A stretch of 64,000 nt of DNA. Source: Candidatus Wolfebacteria bacterium. GTDB lineage: Bacteria; Patescibacteriota; Minisyncoccia; UBA6257; UBA9933. The notes below the pieces were generated by a model that worked only from the letters and a program-made list of their open reading frames with translations, was not told the DNA's origin and searched no databases. A program made the position numbers and the translations under genes. Location: NCBI GenBank assembly GCA_016214005.1, contig JACRPK010000006.1:17719-81718 (forward strand). The letters are read 5' to 3'. Positions 17,509 through 25,959 of this stretch are shown here, one piece after another (within the stretch, counting starts at the first letter, position 1; every line of letters begins with the position of its first letter).

Positions 17509-17598
17509 ATATATTTTGCCCGCCCTTTTTTAATGATTTGGTTGCCTATTAAAATTTTATCTTATAAAATTTAATAATAGGCGCGACCAAATCATTAA

Positions 17599-17898
17599 CC
17601 CGCCAAAATTTTTGAATTAATTTATGTTTCATTTTGTCTACATATTATTTAGTCATAAAGATATGGGAATATATATTGGTTTTACAGATAATTTACCAAG
17701 AAGAATTAAGGAACATCATCAGGGAAATGTAAAATCAACTGAAAATCGCAGACCAATTGATTTAATATATTTTGAGGGTTATAAAAATAAAAAAGATGCT
17801 TTGCAAAGAGAAATGTATTTAAAAACAGGCTGGGGTAGAAATTATCTAAAGAAGATTATTAAAAATTATTTTCTAAATAATTCAAAAATTTAGGCGGG
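17599..17898. mobile_element. Putative mini-element: GIY-YIG gene framed by a 20-bp imperfect inverted repeat
   Basis: CCCGCCAAAATTTTTGAATT (17599) and AATTCAAAAATTTAGGCGGG (17879-17898). Confidence 0.55.
17624..17893 (+). CDS. Small GIY-YIG nuclease
   Basis: FVYIL...IYIGFTDNL.RRIKEH...REMYLKTGWGR. Confidence 0.9.
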   Translation: MFHFVYILFSHKDMGIYIGFTDNLPRRIKEHHQGNVKSTENRRPIDLIYFEGYKNKKDALQREMYLKTGWGRNYLKKIIKNYFLNNSKI

Positions 17899-17994
17899 CA
17901 CTCAATTTTATAGTTTCGCTTCGCTCAAATAAACTTGGCGAGTTATCCACAGCTTGCCTCTTGCAACTAATTTTACATATCTTATAATTAAAAA

Positions 17995-18738
17995 ATGATC
18001 AACAAACTAAAAATAAAACTTAACAGCATCAAACAATCAAACGTTTTTCAATTTGTGTTTCTGGCTCTTTTGAGCGTTTCTTTGACTTATTTTTTGGTGT
18101 ACGCGCAAGTTGGAGCTGTTAGTACATTAGATAGTAATTTAAAAACAGGCGATATCATAGCCAGTGGCAAAGCCACGATTGGTGGCGATTTAAGCGCGGC
18201 GACTTTAAGCGCGGCGAATGGTAGTTTCATAGTAAGCTCAATTGGCGACATCACTGGCCATGCGCTTAATATTAACAACAAATTGATAGTTGACTCAAAT
18301 GGTGTCTCGATTTCCGGTTTCAGTATGAAATATCTTTATTTGCCTGTTGCTTTTTCTAATCCGATTAATTTATCGAATGTTTCGGAGCCGGCTTATTCTC
18401 AAAAAACGACCGGCGGTGCTTATGAAGCTAGGCAAACTAGCGCAAACCGTTCACCAATAGGTAATTTTTATAAGATTGATAATCTTGCAACTTTATACAC
18501 CAATCCTTCTGGAACTGGAACTATTTGTGATGCGATAAATAGCGGAAATTGGGGAACACGGGGCAATAATTTAAAATTTATTCTTTCTGATAGAGATCTT
18601 GGCTCTACCGCAAGAATTGTTAATTATTTTGGTTATGCAGGAAGTGATGGTTCTAATGCTTGCACTCAAAAAACAAATGATTACGCCTATTTTGAATTTG
18701 TTGATTATCAAAGATTGGGACAAATTTATATTAAGTAA
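17995..18738 (+). CDS. Membrane-anchored or secreted hypothetical protein
   Basis: N-terminal TM segment ending VYA; G/S/N-rich remainder. Confidence 0.65.
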   Translation: MINKLKIKLNSIKQSNVFQFVFLALLSVSLTYFLVYAQVGAVSTLDSNLKTGDIIASGKATIGGDLSAATLSAANGSFIVSSIGDITGHALNINNKLIVDSNGVSISGFSMKYLYLPVAFSNPINLSNVSEPAYSQKTTGGAYEARQTSANRSPIGNFYKIDNLATLYTNPSGTGTICDAINSGNWGTRGNNLKFILSDRDLGSTARIVNYFGYAGSDGSNACTQKTNDYAYFEFVDYQRLGQIYIK

Positions 18739-18779
18739 AAACAAGGCAATCAGAGCCTTGTTTTTTTGTTTGTCCCTTG

Positions 18780-18849
18780 TTTAACTCCTGTTTGCCTCCT
18801 GTTTGACTCCTGTTTGACTTCCGGGTTTTGGAGGTGATAAGATAAATTT
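18780..18849 (+). repeat. TA promoter repeat copy 1 (tandem 11-mers TTTGACTCCTG, then TTGACT...TGATAAGAT)
   Basis: Further copies at 19380-19427 and 19990-20050. Confidence 0.85.
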
Positions 18850-19110
18850 ATGGAAAAATTAAACACAAACACATCTTTTTATTCAATAATTATTGAAGCC
18901 TGCGAAGAGGGCGGATATTTTGCTTATTGTCCTATATTGCAAGGCTGTCATGCCGAAGGAGAGACTTATGGAGAAACAATAGATAATATTCGCGATGTTA
19001 TTAAGACTCATCTTGAATTGCGAAAAAAACATAAAGAATTGACTTCTTTTATTAAAGTTAAAAACAGATCAGATATAAATATTCAAATTCCTGTTCCAGT
19101 GGGAAATTAA
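18850..19110 (+). CDS. hicB: HicB-like antitoxin
   Basis: EEGGYFAYCP.LQGCHAEGETYGE..NIRD. Confidence 0.85.
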   Translation: MEKLNTNTSFYSIIIEACEEGGYFAYCPILQGCHAEGETYGETIDNIRDVIKTHLELRKKHKELTSFIKVKNRSDINIQIPVPVGN

Positions 19111-19116
19111 TTTTTT

Positions 19117-19359
19117 ATGGGCTTGAAATTTCCTGTTGTTAATTATCGCGATACAACAAAAATAGCCAAGAAACTTGGTTTTTATTTTTATCGTCAGGCT
19201 AAGGGCAGCCATGAAATTTGGAGAAGAGATATAGATGGCAGACAGACAACTATACCAAATCATGGCAGTAAAATTATTAAGCGCCGAACTTTAAAAGCAA
19301 TTTTTGAAGATTTTCAAATTTCGGCAGAGGAATTTTTTAAATTAAAAAAACATAAATAA
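19117..19359 (+). CDS. hicA: HicA family toxin
   Basis: KLGF.FYRQAKGSHEIW...TTIPNH. Confidence 0.9.
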   Translation: MGLKFPVVNYRDTTKIAKKLGFYFYRQAKGSHEIWRRDIDGRQTTIPNHGSKIIKRRTLKAIFEDFQISAEEFFKLKKHK

Positions 19360-19379
19360 CGGCATTGGGTGTTCTTTTA

Positions 19380-19427
19380 TTTGATTCCTGTTTGACTTCC
19401 GGGTTTTGGAGGTGATAAGATAAATTT
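19380..19427 (+). repeat. TA promoter repeat copy 2
   Basis: Near-identical to copy 1. Confidence 0.85.
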
Positions 19428-19655
19428 ATGAATACCATTACTATTCCAAAAAATTTAACCAGAGGGGCGGAGCTTGTTATAATACCCCGCGATGAGTATG
19501 AGGAATATTTGCAGTTGCGTAAAATTATTTCTGTTGTAAAAATGACTTCGGCTCAAAAACGCGATCTAGAACAGGCGAGGAAAGATTATAAACAAGAGAA
19601 ATATATTACTCTTGAGCAGCTTGAATATGAACTGGGTATTACACATAAGAAATAA
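19428..19655 (+). CDS. Putative antitoxin of a RelE/ParE pair
   Basis: ITIPK...LVIIPRDEYE; overlaps the RelE-like toxin. Confidence 0.7.
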   Translation: MNTITIPKNLTRGAELVIIPRDEYEEYLQLRKIISVVKMTSAQKRDLEQARKDYKQEKYITLEQLEYELGITHKK

Positions 19656-19881
19656 GACAAAAAAAGAATTTTGCCGTTTTCCCATGAAAGATCGATGCTA
19701 TATTGCCGAGGCGCTTCGTGAAATAAAAGAGAACCCTTTCTTTGGCGATATTATAAAATTGGATGTAGAGAATTTTTGGCGTCGTCGCATTGGCGCTTAT
19801 CGGATTTTTTACGAAATAATTACCAGCAAAAAAATTGTTTATGTTTTTAGAATTGAACGGCGAAATTCAAAAACTTATTAG
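19627..19881 (+). CDS. RelE/ParE family toxin
   Basis: NPFFGDIIKL...WRRRIGAYRIFYEI...IERR; start at ATG 19627. Confidence 0.85.
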   Translation: MNWVLHIRNKTKKEFCRFPMKDRCYIAEALREIKENPFFGDIIKLDVENFWRRRIGAYRIFYEIITSKKIVYVFRIERRNSKTY

Positions 19882-19888
19882 TAATATA

Positions 19889-19969
19889 ATGGAAAAATTA
19901 AACACAAACACATCTTTTTATTCAATAATTATTGAAGCCTGCGAAGAGGCGCGAAAAAAACATAAATAA
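19889..19969 (+). pseudogene. Deletion remnant of a duplicated hicBA module
   Basis: First ~60 nt identical to hicB at 18850, joined through AAAAAAACATAAA to the hicA 3' end and its downstream sequence. Confidence 0.8.
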
Positions 19970-19989
19970 CGGCATTGGGTGTTCTTTTA

Positions 19990-20050
19990 TTTAACTCCTG
20001 TTTGCCTCCTGTTTGACTCCTGTTTGACTTCCGGGTTTTGGAGGTGATAT
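19990..20050 (+). repeat. TA promoter repeat copy 3
   Basis: Near-identical to copy 1, including the 11-mer tandem. Confidence 0.85.
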
Positions 20051-20063
20051 ATTAAAATAAATT

Positions 20064-20312
20064 ATGAACATTATTAAGCCAAAATTATCTTATGGTCGAC
20101 GGCTTCCTCTCCTAGTAGAAAAAGGGGAAGATAATTTTTATGTGGTTGAATGTCCACTTTTTGAAGGTTGTTACAGCCAGGGCAAAACCCTTGACGAGGC
20201 TTTGCATAATATTCGCGAGGTTATAGGGATAATTCTTGAAGAGAAGATTGCCAGAGAAATTCTAAAAAATTATAATCCCGAAGAAATAAGCCTTCATACT
20301 ATTGCGGTATAA
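20064..20312 (+). CDS. hicB: HicB-like antitoxin 2
   Basis: YVVECPLFEGCYSQGKTLDEALHNIRE. Confidence 0.85.
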   Translation: MNIIKPKLSYGRRLPLLVEKGEDNFYVVECPLFEGCYSQGKTLDEALHNIREVIGIILEEKIAREILKNYNPEEISLHTIAV

Positions 20313-20314
20313 AT

Positions 20315-20533
20315 ATGATAAAATTACCGATTATTTCTGGCCGTCAACTTATTAAACTTTTATCTAAATTAGGTTATCGCGAGGTTCGCCAGCGCGGCAG
20401 CCATATTCGTTTATCTTGTTTAAATAGAAAATCAGTAACTGTGCCGAATTACAAAGCTATAGATAGATCTTTGCTTAGAAAAATATTGAGAGATTCTGAA
20501 TTGAGCATAGATGAATTTTTAAATCTTTTTTAA
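20315..20533 (+). CDS. hicA: HicA family toxin 2
   Basis: KLGYREVRQRGSHIRL...VTVP. Confidence 0.9.
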   Translation: MIKLPIISGRQLIKLLSKLGYREVRQRGSHIRLSCLNRKSVTVPNYKAIDRSLLRKILRDSELSIDEFLNLF

Positions 20534-20732
20534 ATAAAAAATTAAAAATAAATTTTATAGATTAAATATTTTTTACAAAACAAGGCTCAAAAATAAAACA
20601 TTGAGCCTTGTTTTTATTAATTGACTTTGCGATAAAATTATGATATAAATTACGCAGTATGGTTTGGAAATGGTTTCCAAACTTTTTGACAAGTGAATAA
20701 GGGTGAATCAATAGACAGGAAGGGGGAAATCT

Positions 20733-20993
20733 ATGGATATTATAAAGAATGTAGAAAAAAAGCAGTGCGGTTTTTGTAAGGGTTCTGGCAACTGTTCTAA
20801 ATGCCATAATGGTATTTGTTCAAGATGTAAAGGTAAGGGTGAACTTAATACTACTTATTTAAGGGATGGTTTGTTGTTTTCGCATAGAGTTGAAAATCCC
20901 AATTATTGTCCTCTTTGCAGGGGTAATCATTTGTGCGTGTCGTGTAATGGTACACGACGTTGTAGCGCTTGTAACGGAAGCGGTTGGGTATAA
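20733..20993 (+). CDS. Small Cys-rich protein with DnaJ-type CxxCxGxG zinc-finger repeats
   Basis: CGFCKGSG, CSRCKGKG, CVSCNGT, CSACNGSG. Confidence 0.7.
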   Translation: MDIIKNVEKKQCGFCKGSGNCSKCHNGICSRCKGKGELNTTYLRDGLLFSHRVENPNYCPLCRGNHLCVSCNGTRRCSACNGSGWV

Positions 20994-21027
20994 TTGATAA
21001 TCAACTTTTGAAAGAAAGAGGTAGATT

Positions 21028-21960
21028 ATGAGTATGGATAAGCTTTTCGGAGGATTGGTTGGGATTCTTGACCCGGAAATTCGCAAATTGGCGGAAAAAA
21101 TGGTTGAGGGCGTTCCTAAAAATAGCTTTTTTCGAAGCGAAAAATTCGAACGCATTCTTGGTATTTTTAAGGGCTGGCTTGAAAGCAAGAGCAAAGGGAA
21201 ATCTCCGGGAATGGCAATGGCAATTGAAAAATTTACGGATTTTCTCAATTTTGTCGGAGTCAGCCTTTCAGTAAAAACTTGTAATGACGCTGGTTCTGGA
21301 AAAAAAGAGAAAAAAGTTGTTGAAATTGCCGACGATTGGATGTCATCGTTTTTTAAAGAGGCGAGCGATCGCATTGCGAAAAGCTCTGATCCAAAAACCG
21401 AATTTGCCAGATTGAAAGAAGAATTTGAACTTCGGTTGCAAATTCTTGAACTCGTAAAAAAAGCTCAAGAAGAAGCGCAGTCAAAGCAAGAGGTTTTTGA
21501 ACCAGCTGAACCAAGACCTGAAAAAAGCTGGGATGAACTCTTTGTTTTTTGTAATGAGAAATTCAATGAGTTCTACCGAAGATCTGACAAGGCTACGGCT
21601 GAGGCATTGTGGAATTTCTATGATTTAATATCTCCCAAAAAGCCAAAGATAAAAAGAATTTGGCATCTGGGGGATTGGTTTAATCTTTTTAAGCAATGGT
21701 GGTTAAAGCGTAAAAAGCCGCCTATTGTTGAAAAGGTTGAAGAACCAACTGTTGAAATTCACCATGAAGAAAAGCGGGTTCATGAAGATGGCAAATTTAA
21801 TAATAGCCATCAATTGTGGAAACCAAGAGGCTTTTTTAAAATTCCCGATGCCAATATCTATGGTGATGGGTTTTTTATAAAAAGATATCCTGGCACATTT
21901 TTTCTTCCGGAACATGTGGATCGAGAAGAAGGTCTTGTTGTTATAAAAAAACCTTTTTAA
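21028..21960 (+). CDS. Hypothetical protein
   Basis: 310-aa ORF with purine-rich RBS. Confidence 0.6.
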   Translation: MSMDKLFGGLVGILDPEIRKLAEKMVEGVPKNSFFRSEKFERILGIFKGWLESKSKGKSPGMAMAIEKFTDFLNFVGVSLSVKTCNDAGSGKKEKKVVEIADDWMSSFFKEASDRIAKSSDPKTEFARLKEEFELRLQILELVKKAQEEAQSKQEVFEPAEPRPEKSWDELFVFCNEKFNEFYRRSDKATAEALWNFYDLISPKKPKIKRIWHLGDWFNLFKQWWLKRKKPPIVEKVEEPTVEIHHEEKRVHEDGKFNNSHQLWKPRGFFKIPDANIYGDGFFIKRYPGTFFLPEHVDREEGLVVIKKPF

Positions 21961-21982
21961 AAGAAAGAAAAGAGAGGATAGA

Positions 21983-22888
21983 ATGGAAAGTTTACAGGCT
22001 TTTTTTGCAATTTTTTCGGAGATTTGGCAACTTGGGAACAGGTTTTGCCGGTGGGCGATTGCGATAATCGCTTTCTGGCCGATACTCATAATGGCTTCGG
22101 CGTTTTACGGAACGTCCGGAATCATTGCTATTGTTTCCATGGTGCCGATAGTGGCAATTGTTCTTTTGACAGCTGTTCATGCAGAAACCTATAAAAAGGT
22201 TGAACGCGAAGAAAATGGGCAGAATGTCGTTCGGCAGGTGCCGAATGTGAATATTTGGCCATTGGGATTTTTCGCTATCGCGGTTTATTCGGAAAAAGTC
22301 CGCGAGGCGATTAAAACGCTCACTGGAATTGCGGCTCTTGAGCTGTGTCTTGGCATTTATTTCGCGCTTGTTCCAGTTCAAAACGATCGCGATCTAATAC
22401 CGGTAGTGGTGCTTATTGTCATCGCTATGATCTTTATTTGGATCAGCGCGGAAGGAAAGACCCGAAGCCATTCGCTTATTTTTTTGGCTGTCGTTCTTAA
22501 AATTATTACGGTCATCTTTTTTATGGGTGGTCGCGATGAAATAAGAATAGATATGCCAAAAACTGCATTTGCTTCTGCGCCTTCTTTTTGGAATACTCCT
22601 CTTTGCGCTAATGGAAAAATTAGCATAGACATAAAAGAGGAGAACACGAAAGAAATTCAGATTAATTTCCGAAATGATTGTATTTCGGAAGTTAAACTTC
22701 CTCCGAATTTCAAGTATATACTTGACCCCGACAAAGATGTTCGGATTAAGTTCCTTGATGGTTCGGAGTATGTTGATGGGCCGGGGAAGATGGCCTGGCA
22801 AGGATTGCATAAAGGATTTTTTAAGATTCGCGGTGTTTCTGAATCCGGGATCTTAAAAATATCCTTGGAATCCCTGCAAAACAGTTAA
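21983..22888 (+). CDS. Multi-pass membrane protein with soluble C-terminal domain
   Basis: Several hydrophobic segments; hairpin terminator at 22891-22930. Confidence 0.65.
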   Translation: MESLQAFFAIFSEIWQLGNRFCRWAIAIIAFWPILIMASAFYGTSGIIAIVSMVPIVAIVLLTAVHAETYKKVEREENGQNVVRQVPNVNIWPLGFFAIAVYSEKVREAIKTLTGIAALELCLGIYFALVPVQNDRDLIPVVVLIVIAMIFIWISAEGKTRSHSLIFLAVVLKIITVIFFMGGRDEIRIDMPKTAFASAPSFWNTPLCANGKISIDIKEENTKEIQINFRNDCISEVKLPPNFKYILDPDKDVRIKFLDGSEYVDGPGKMAWQGLHKGFFKIRGVSESGILKISLESLQNS

Positions 22889-22986
22889 ATATTCCGGATA
22901 TGGGGTTTTCCCCGTATCCGGATTTTTTATTCAGATTTTTTTATTTTCGCTTGACACTATTTATTAAATATCAGAAAATTATATTA

Positions 22987-23352
22987 ATGAATAAATTTAT
23001 TTTAACTATTATAGCGGCTTTATTTATTGTTGGCGTTAATAATGTTTTTGCTGTTAGCGGTGGAATCACTTCCGGTAGCGGGCTTACCAACCCTCTTGGA
23101 GCAGGAGCCACTATCTGGACTCTTCTTGACGGCTTAATTGGCTTTCTTATCAAAGTCGGATCTTTTATCTTGCCGATTATGGTTTTATATGGCGGTTATT
23201 TGATTTTGTCGGCTGGCGATGATCCGAAAAAAGTTGAAAGCGGGAGAGAAGTGATTCTCTGGGCTGTTGTCGGATTTATTATTATCTTGTGTTCATGGGG
23301 AGTTATTTATATAATTGGAGATGTGTTGGGAATCAGTATTCCGACGCAATAA
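22987..23352 (+). CDS. CPR pilin, TrbC/VirB2-like
   Basis: Signal peptide, LTNPL, YGGY...AGDDPKKVE.GR..ILWAVVG; start ATG 22987. Confidence 0.8.
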   Translation: MNKFILTIIAALFIVGVNNVFAVSGGITSGSGLTNPLGAGATIWTLLDGLIGFLIKVGSFILPIMVLYGGYLILSAGDDPKKVESGREVILWAVVGFIIILCSWGVIYIIGDVLGISIPTQ

Positions 23353-23356
23353 AATT

Positions 23357-23767
23357 ATGAAAAAACAAAAAATTAAAAAATCAAAAATGACATTGGATAA
23401 ATTGGCGTTGATAATAAAGCAAGAGATTGACACCAAGGTGTCCAAAGACGACTTAAAAAATGAATTACAAAGATTTGCCACCAAAGACGACTTAAAAAAT
23501 GAATTACAAAGATTTGTCACCAAAGATGATCTTAAAAACTTTAAAATAGAATTTAAGTCTGAAGTTGCCGATGAAATTAAATCAACGATTAAAGAAGAAC
23601 TCACTGATAATATAAATAAATTATTTACCAAAGCTGATATTATCATTTCTAAATTGGAAAAAAAAGAACAGGAAGATTTGATGCACACACAAGCTCATAG
23701 AAGAATCAATGACACTTTGGAAATTCACGATAAAAAAATAAAAAATTTAGAAATAAAAATAAATTAA
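23357..23767 (+). CDS. Coiled-coil hypothetical protein with 13-aa repeats (TKDDLKNELQRF)
   Basis: 39-nt tandem repeat at 23442-23538. Confidence 0.7.
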   Translation: MKKQKIKKSKMTLDKLALIIKQEIDTKVSKDDLKNELQRFATKDDLKNELQRFVTKDDLKNFKIEFKSEVADEIKSTIKEELTDNINKLFTKADIIISKLEKKEQEDLMHTQAHRRINDTLEIHDKKIKNLEIKIN

Positions 23768-23768
23768 A

Positions 23769-24110
23769 ATGAATTTAATTAAAAAATCTGCGTTAATTTT
23801 ATCAATTTTATTTTTTAGTTTTTTAATTTTGAATTTTGCTTTTGCTCAGGCGGGTTCTTCTCCTGTTAAAAGCGCGAGCGATGTTTATAATATTTTAGGG
23901 AAAATCGTGAGCTGGATGTATACGATATTTTTTATTGTTTCAGTGTTTTTTGTTTTATTGGCGGCTTTTAAATTTTTAACGGCCGAAGACGATCCTGAAA
24001 AAATAAAAGGCGCCACAAAATCAATTATGTGGGCGGCGGTGGCGGTTGTTGTGGCTTTGCTTTCCGTTGGTTTCGGAAAAATTATTGAAAGTTTTATTAC
24101 AACACCATAA
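23769..24110 (+). CDS. CPR pilin, TrbC/VirB2-like
   Basis: AAFKFLTAEDDPEKIKGA.KSIMWA. Confidence 0.8.
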   Translation: MNLIKKSALILSILFFSFLILNFAFAQAGSSPVKSASDVYNILGKIVSWMYTIFFIVSVFFVLLAAFKFLTAEDDPEKIKGATKSIMWAAVAVVVALLSVGFGKIIESFITTP

Positions 24111-24134
24111 TTTTTTATAATTAATAATTTTATT

Positions 24135-24518
24135 ATGTTAAATATTGCGCAGGCGGCATCTCAAATTCCTGATATTTCTCAATACGGCGGACCAAAAGCG
24201 GTTGGCCCAACGAATGTTGGCGGAATTGTTGATATTCTTGTAAAAGTGATGCAGTGGACTTATTCAATATTTTTTGTTGTGGCGGTTCTTTTTATTATTT
24301 TGGCGGCTTATGAATATCTTACTGGCGCTGAAGATCCGGAAAGAATTCGCGAAGCCCATAAAAGGATTATTTGGGCAGGAGTGGCGATAGCTGTGGCAAT
24401 TCTTGCTTTAAGCTTTAATTTGCTTGTGCAGAATTTTTTGGGCGCAAGCGGGGGAGGCGGCGGATCTAGTGGTGGGGGAGCTGGCGGAACAAATTATTCT
24501 GGCGGAGGGACTCCATAA
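24135..24518 (+). CDS. CPR pilin, TrbC/VirB2-like, with Gly-rich tail
   Basis: AAYEYLTGAEDPERIREAHKRIIWA. Confidence 0.8.
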   Translation: MLNIAQAASQIPDISQYGGPKAVGPTNVGGIVDILVKVMQWTYSIFFVVAVLFIILAAYEYLTGAEDPERIREAHKRIIWAGVAIAVAILALSFNLLVQNFLGASGGGGGSSGGGAGGTNYSGGGTP

Positions 24519-24584
24519 TCAGAAAAGTATTTAATCAAAAAAGAAAACCGCGAGTTGTTATTGAAAACAAACCCGCGGTGTTTT

Positions 24585-25127
24585 TTATTTGGAGGAGGCC
24601 GACAAGAAAGTCGCCCAATGCACTTTCTTCTCCTTAAAGTAGTGGATTGCGCCGGTAACGTGGAAAATCCAGCGAGCTTTTTCTTGTCCCTTAATGTTAA
24701 AAACAGCCGTGTATTCTCCGGGAAGGAGATAGTCTTCTTGCTCTTTTTCCGAATCAAGGGTGTAGCTTGTGGAAAGGCCAGTACTGTTGTTGATTATAAC
24801 AGCGGTAACGGTTTCTTTCGTTGAATTGACCACAATTCCTTTGAATCCCATTGATATGCCATTTTCTGTCTTTGTCATTGTGGGCTGAGCATATAGTTTG
24901 GCCATGGCCGTGTCAAAGCCATCTTTTTTTTGGCGAAGACTCTCTTTTTCGTTTTGAATTTTCGCCATTTCCTCGGCATCCGAAAAACCGCTATGATCGC
25001 CGCTGTTGTATTGCTCTTCACTGCCGTAGCGAGCTTTACCGCCGACATAAGCAATCCCCAGGGCGCCGGCGCAAGCGTTGAGGCTAACGACCGCAAGTAT
25101 CAAAAACAGAAATGCAAATCTTCTCAT
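24585..25127 (-). CDS. Putative lipoprotein
   Basis: MRRFAFLFLILAVVSLNA-C lipobox; AAGGAGG RBS. Confidence 0.65.
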   Translation of the reverse strand: MRRFAFLFLILAVVSLNACAGALGIAYVGGKARYGSEEQYNSGDHSGFSDAEEMAKIQNEKESLRQKKDGFDTAMAKLYAQPTMTKTENGISMGFKGIVVNSTKETVTAVIINNSTGLSTSYTLDSEKEQEDYLLPGEYTAVFNIKGQEKARWIFHVTGAIHYFKEKKVHWATFLSASSK

Positions 25128-25323
25128 ATATCCTCCTTAAATTCCTTAAATGTTGCTATCACTAGTGATAGCGTTTATTATTGAGTTTTCAAAAAAATTT
25201 AGAGTTCTTTTTTTATGTCGCGATGTTTCGTTCCCTAAATTAAACTATAAAAAATATAGCATACCTTAATGCAAAAGTCAATAGTTGCAAAGGATAATCA
25301 AATTAGTTAAAATAATATAATCA

Positions 25324-25899
25324 ATGATTAATAAATTTTCATTAATTGCATTGCTTATTATTGGTTTATTGCCGTCTTTTGTTCTTGCCATTTCTGCCGG
25401 TGATATTTTAGCGCCAGCCGATGTGGCTCCTCAAAATATCGGCGGTATTCAGGCCGGAAAAGTTGAGGTGAGTAGTGTTAATCAACTTTTCTCTTATTTA
25501 GAACTGCTTTTAAGATGGGTTTTTGGAATATTTTTTGCCGCTTCAGTCATTCTTATAATTTGGGCCGGCTATTATTATCTTATTGGAGGCGAAGACAGCG
25601 AAAATATCAATATTGCAAAAAGAAGAATTACTTGGGCGGCAGTGGCGATCGTTGTGGCGATTTTATCCGGCACTTTTGTTTTGCTGATTTCTAATTTTTT
25701 AGGAGCTCAAGGCGGAAGTTTTGGAACTGGCAACTCGGGCGGTTCTGGTGGCGCAGGAGGATCTTCTGACTATCCTGGGGGACCATATCAATCGCAGAGT
25801 CAATATTGGCAGCAATATCAATATACCTGCAAAGCAGGCGACACCTTGCCGTGTTGCAGCGGCCATGGAGCGGGTGACGTTGTCACTTGCTGGAAATAA
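25324..25899 (+). CDS. CPR pilin, TrbC/VirB2-like, with Gly-rich and Cys-containing tail
   Basis: AGYYYLIGGEDSE.I..AKRRITWA. Confidence 0.78.
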   Translation: MINKFSLIALLIIGLLPSFVLAISAGDILAPADVAPQNIGGIQAGKVEVSSVNQLFSYLELLLRWVFGIFFAASVILIIWAGYYYLIGGEDSENINIAKRRITWAAVAIVVAILSGTFVLLISNFLGAQGGSFGTGNSGGSGGAGGSSDYPGGPYQSQSQYWQQYQYTCKAGDTLPCCSGHGAGDVVTCWK

Positions 25900-25959
25900 T
25901 TTTATATGTTAGATTAAATTAAATTAAAAAGGTCGCAAAAATTATAATTAAATTTAGAA

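Noticed and set aside
17995-22888. Prophage
   Set aside because: No terminase, capsid, portal or integrase motifs are recognisable.
23442-23538. 39-nt tandem repeat as a regulatory or CRISPR-like array
   Set aside because: It is an in-frame coding repeat (13 aa) with no spacers.
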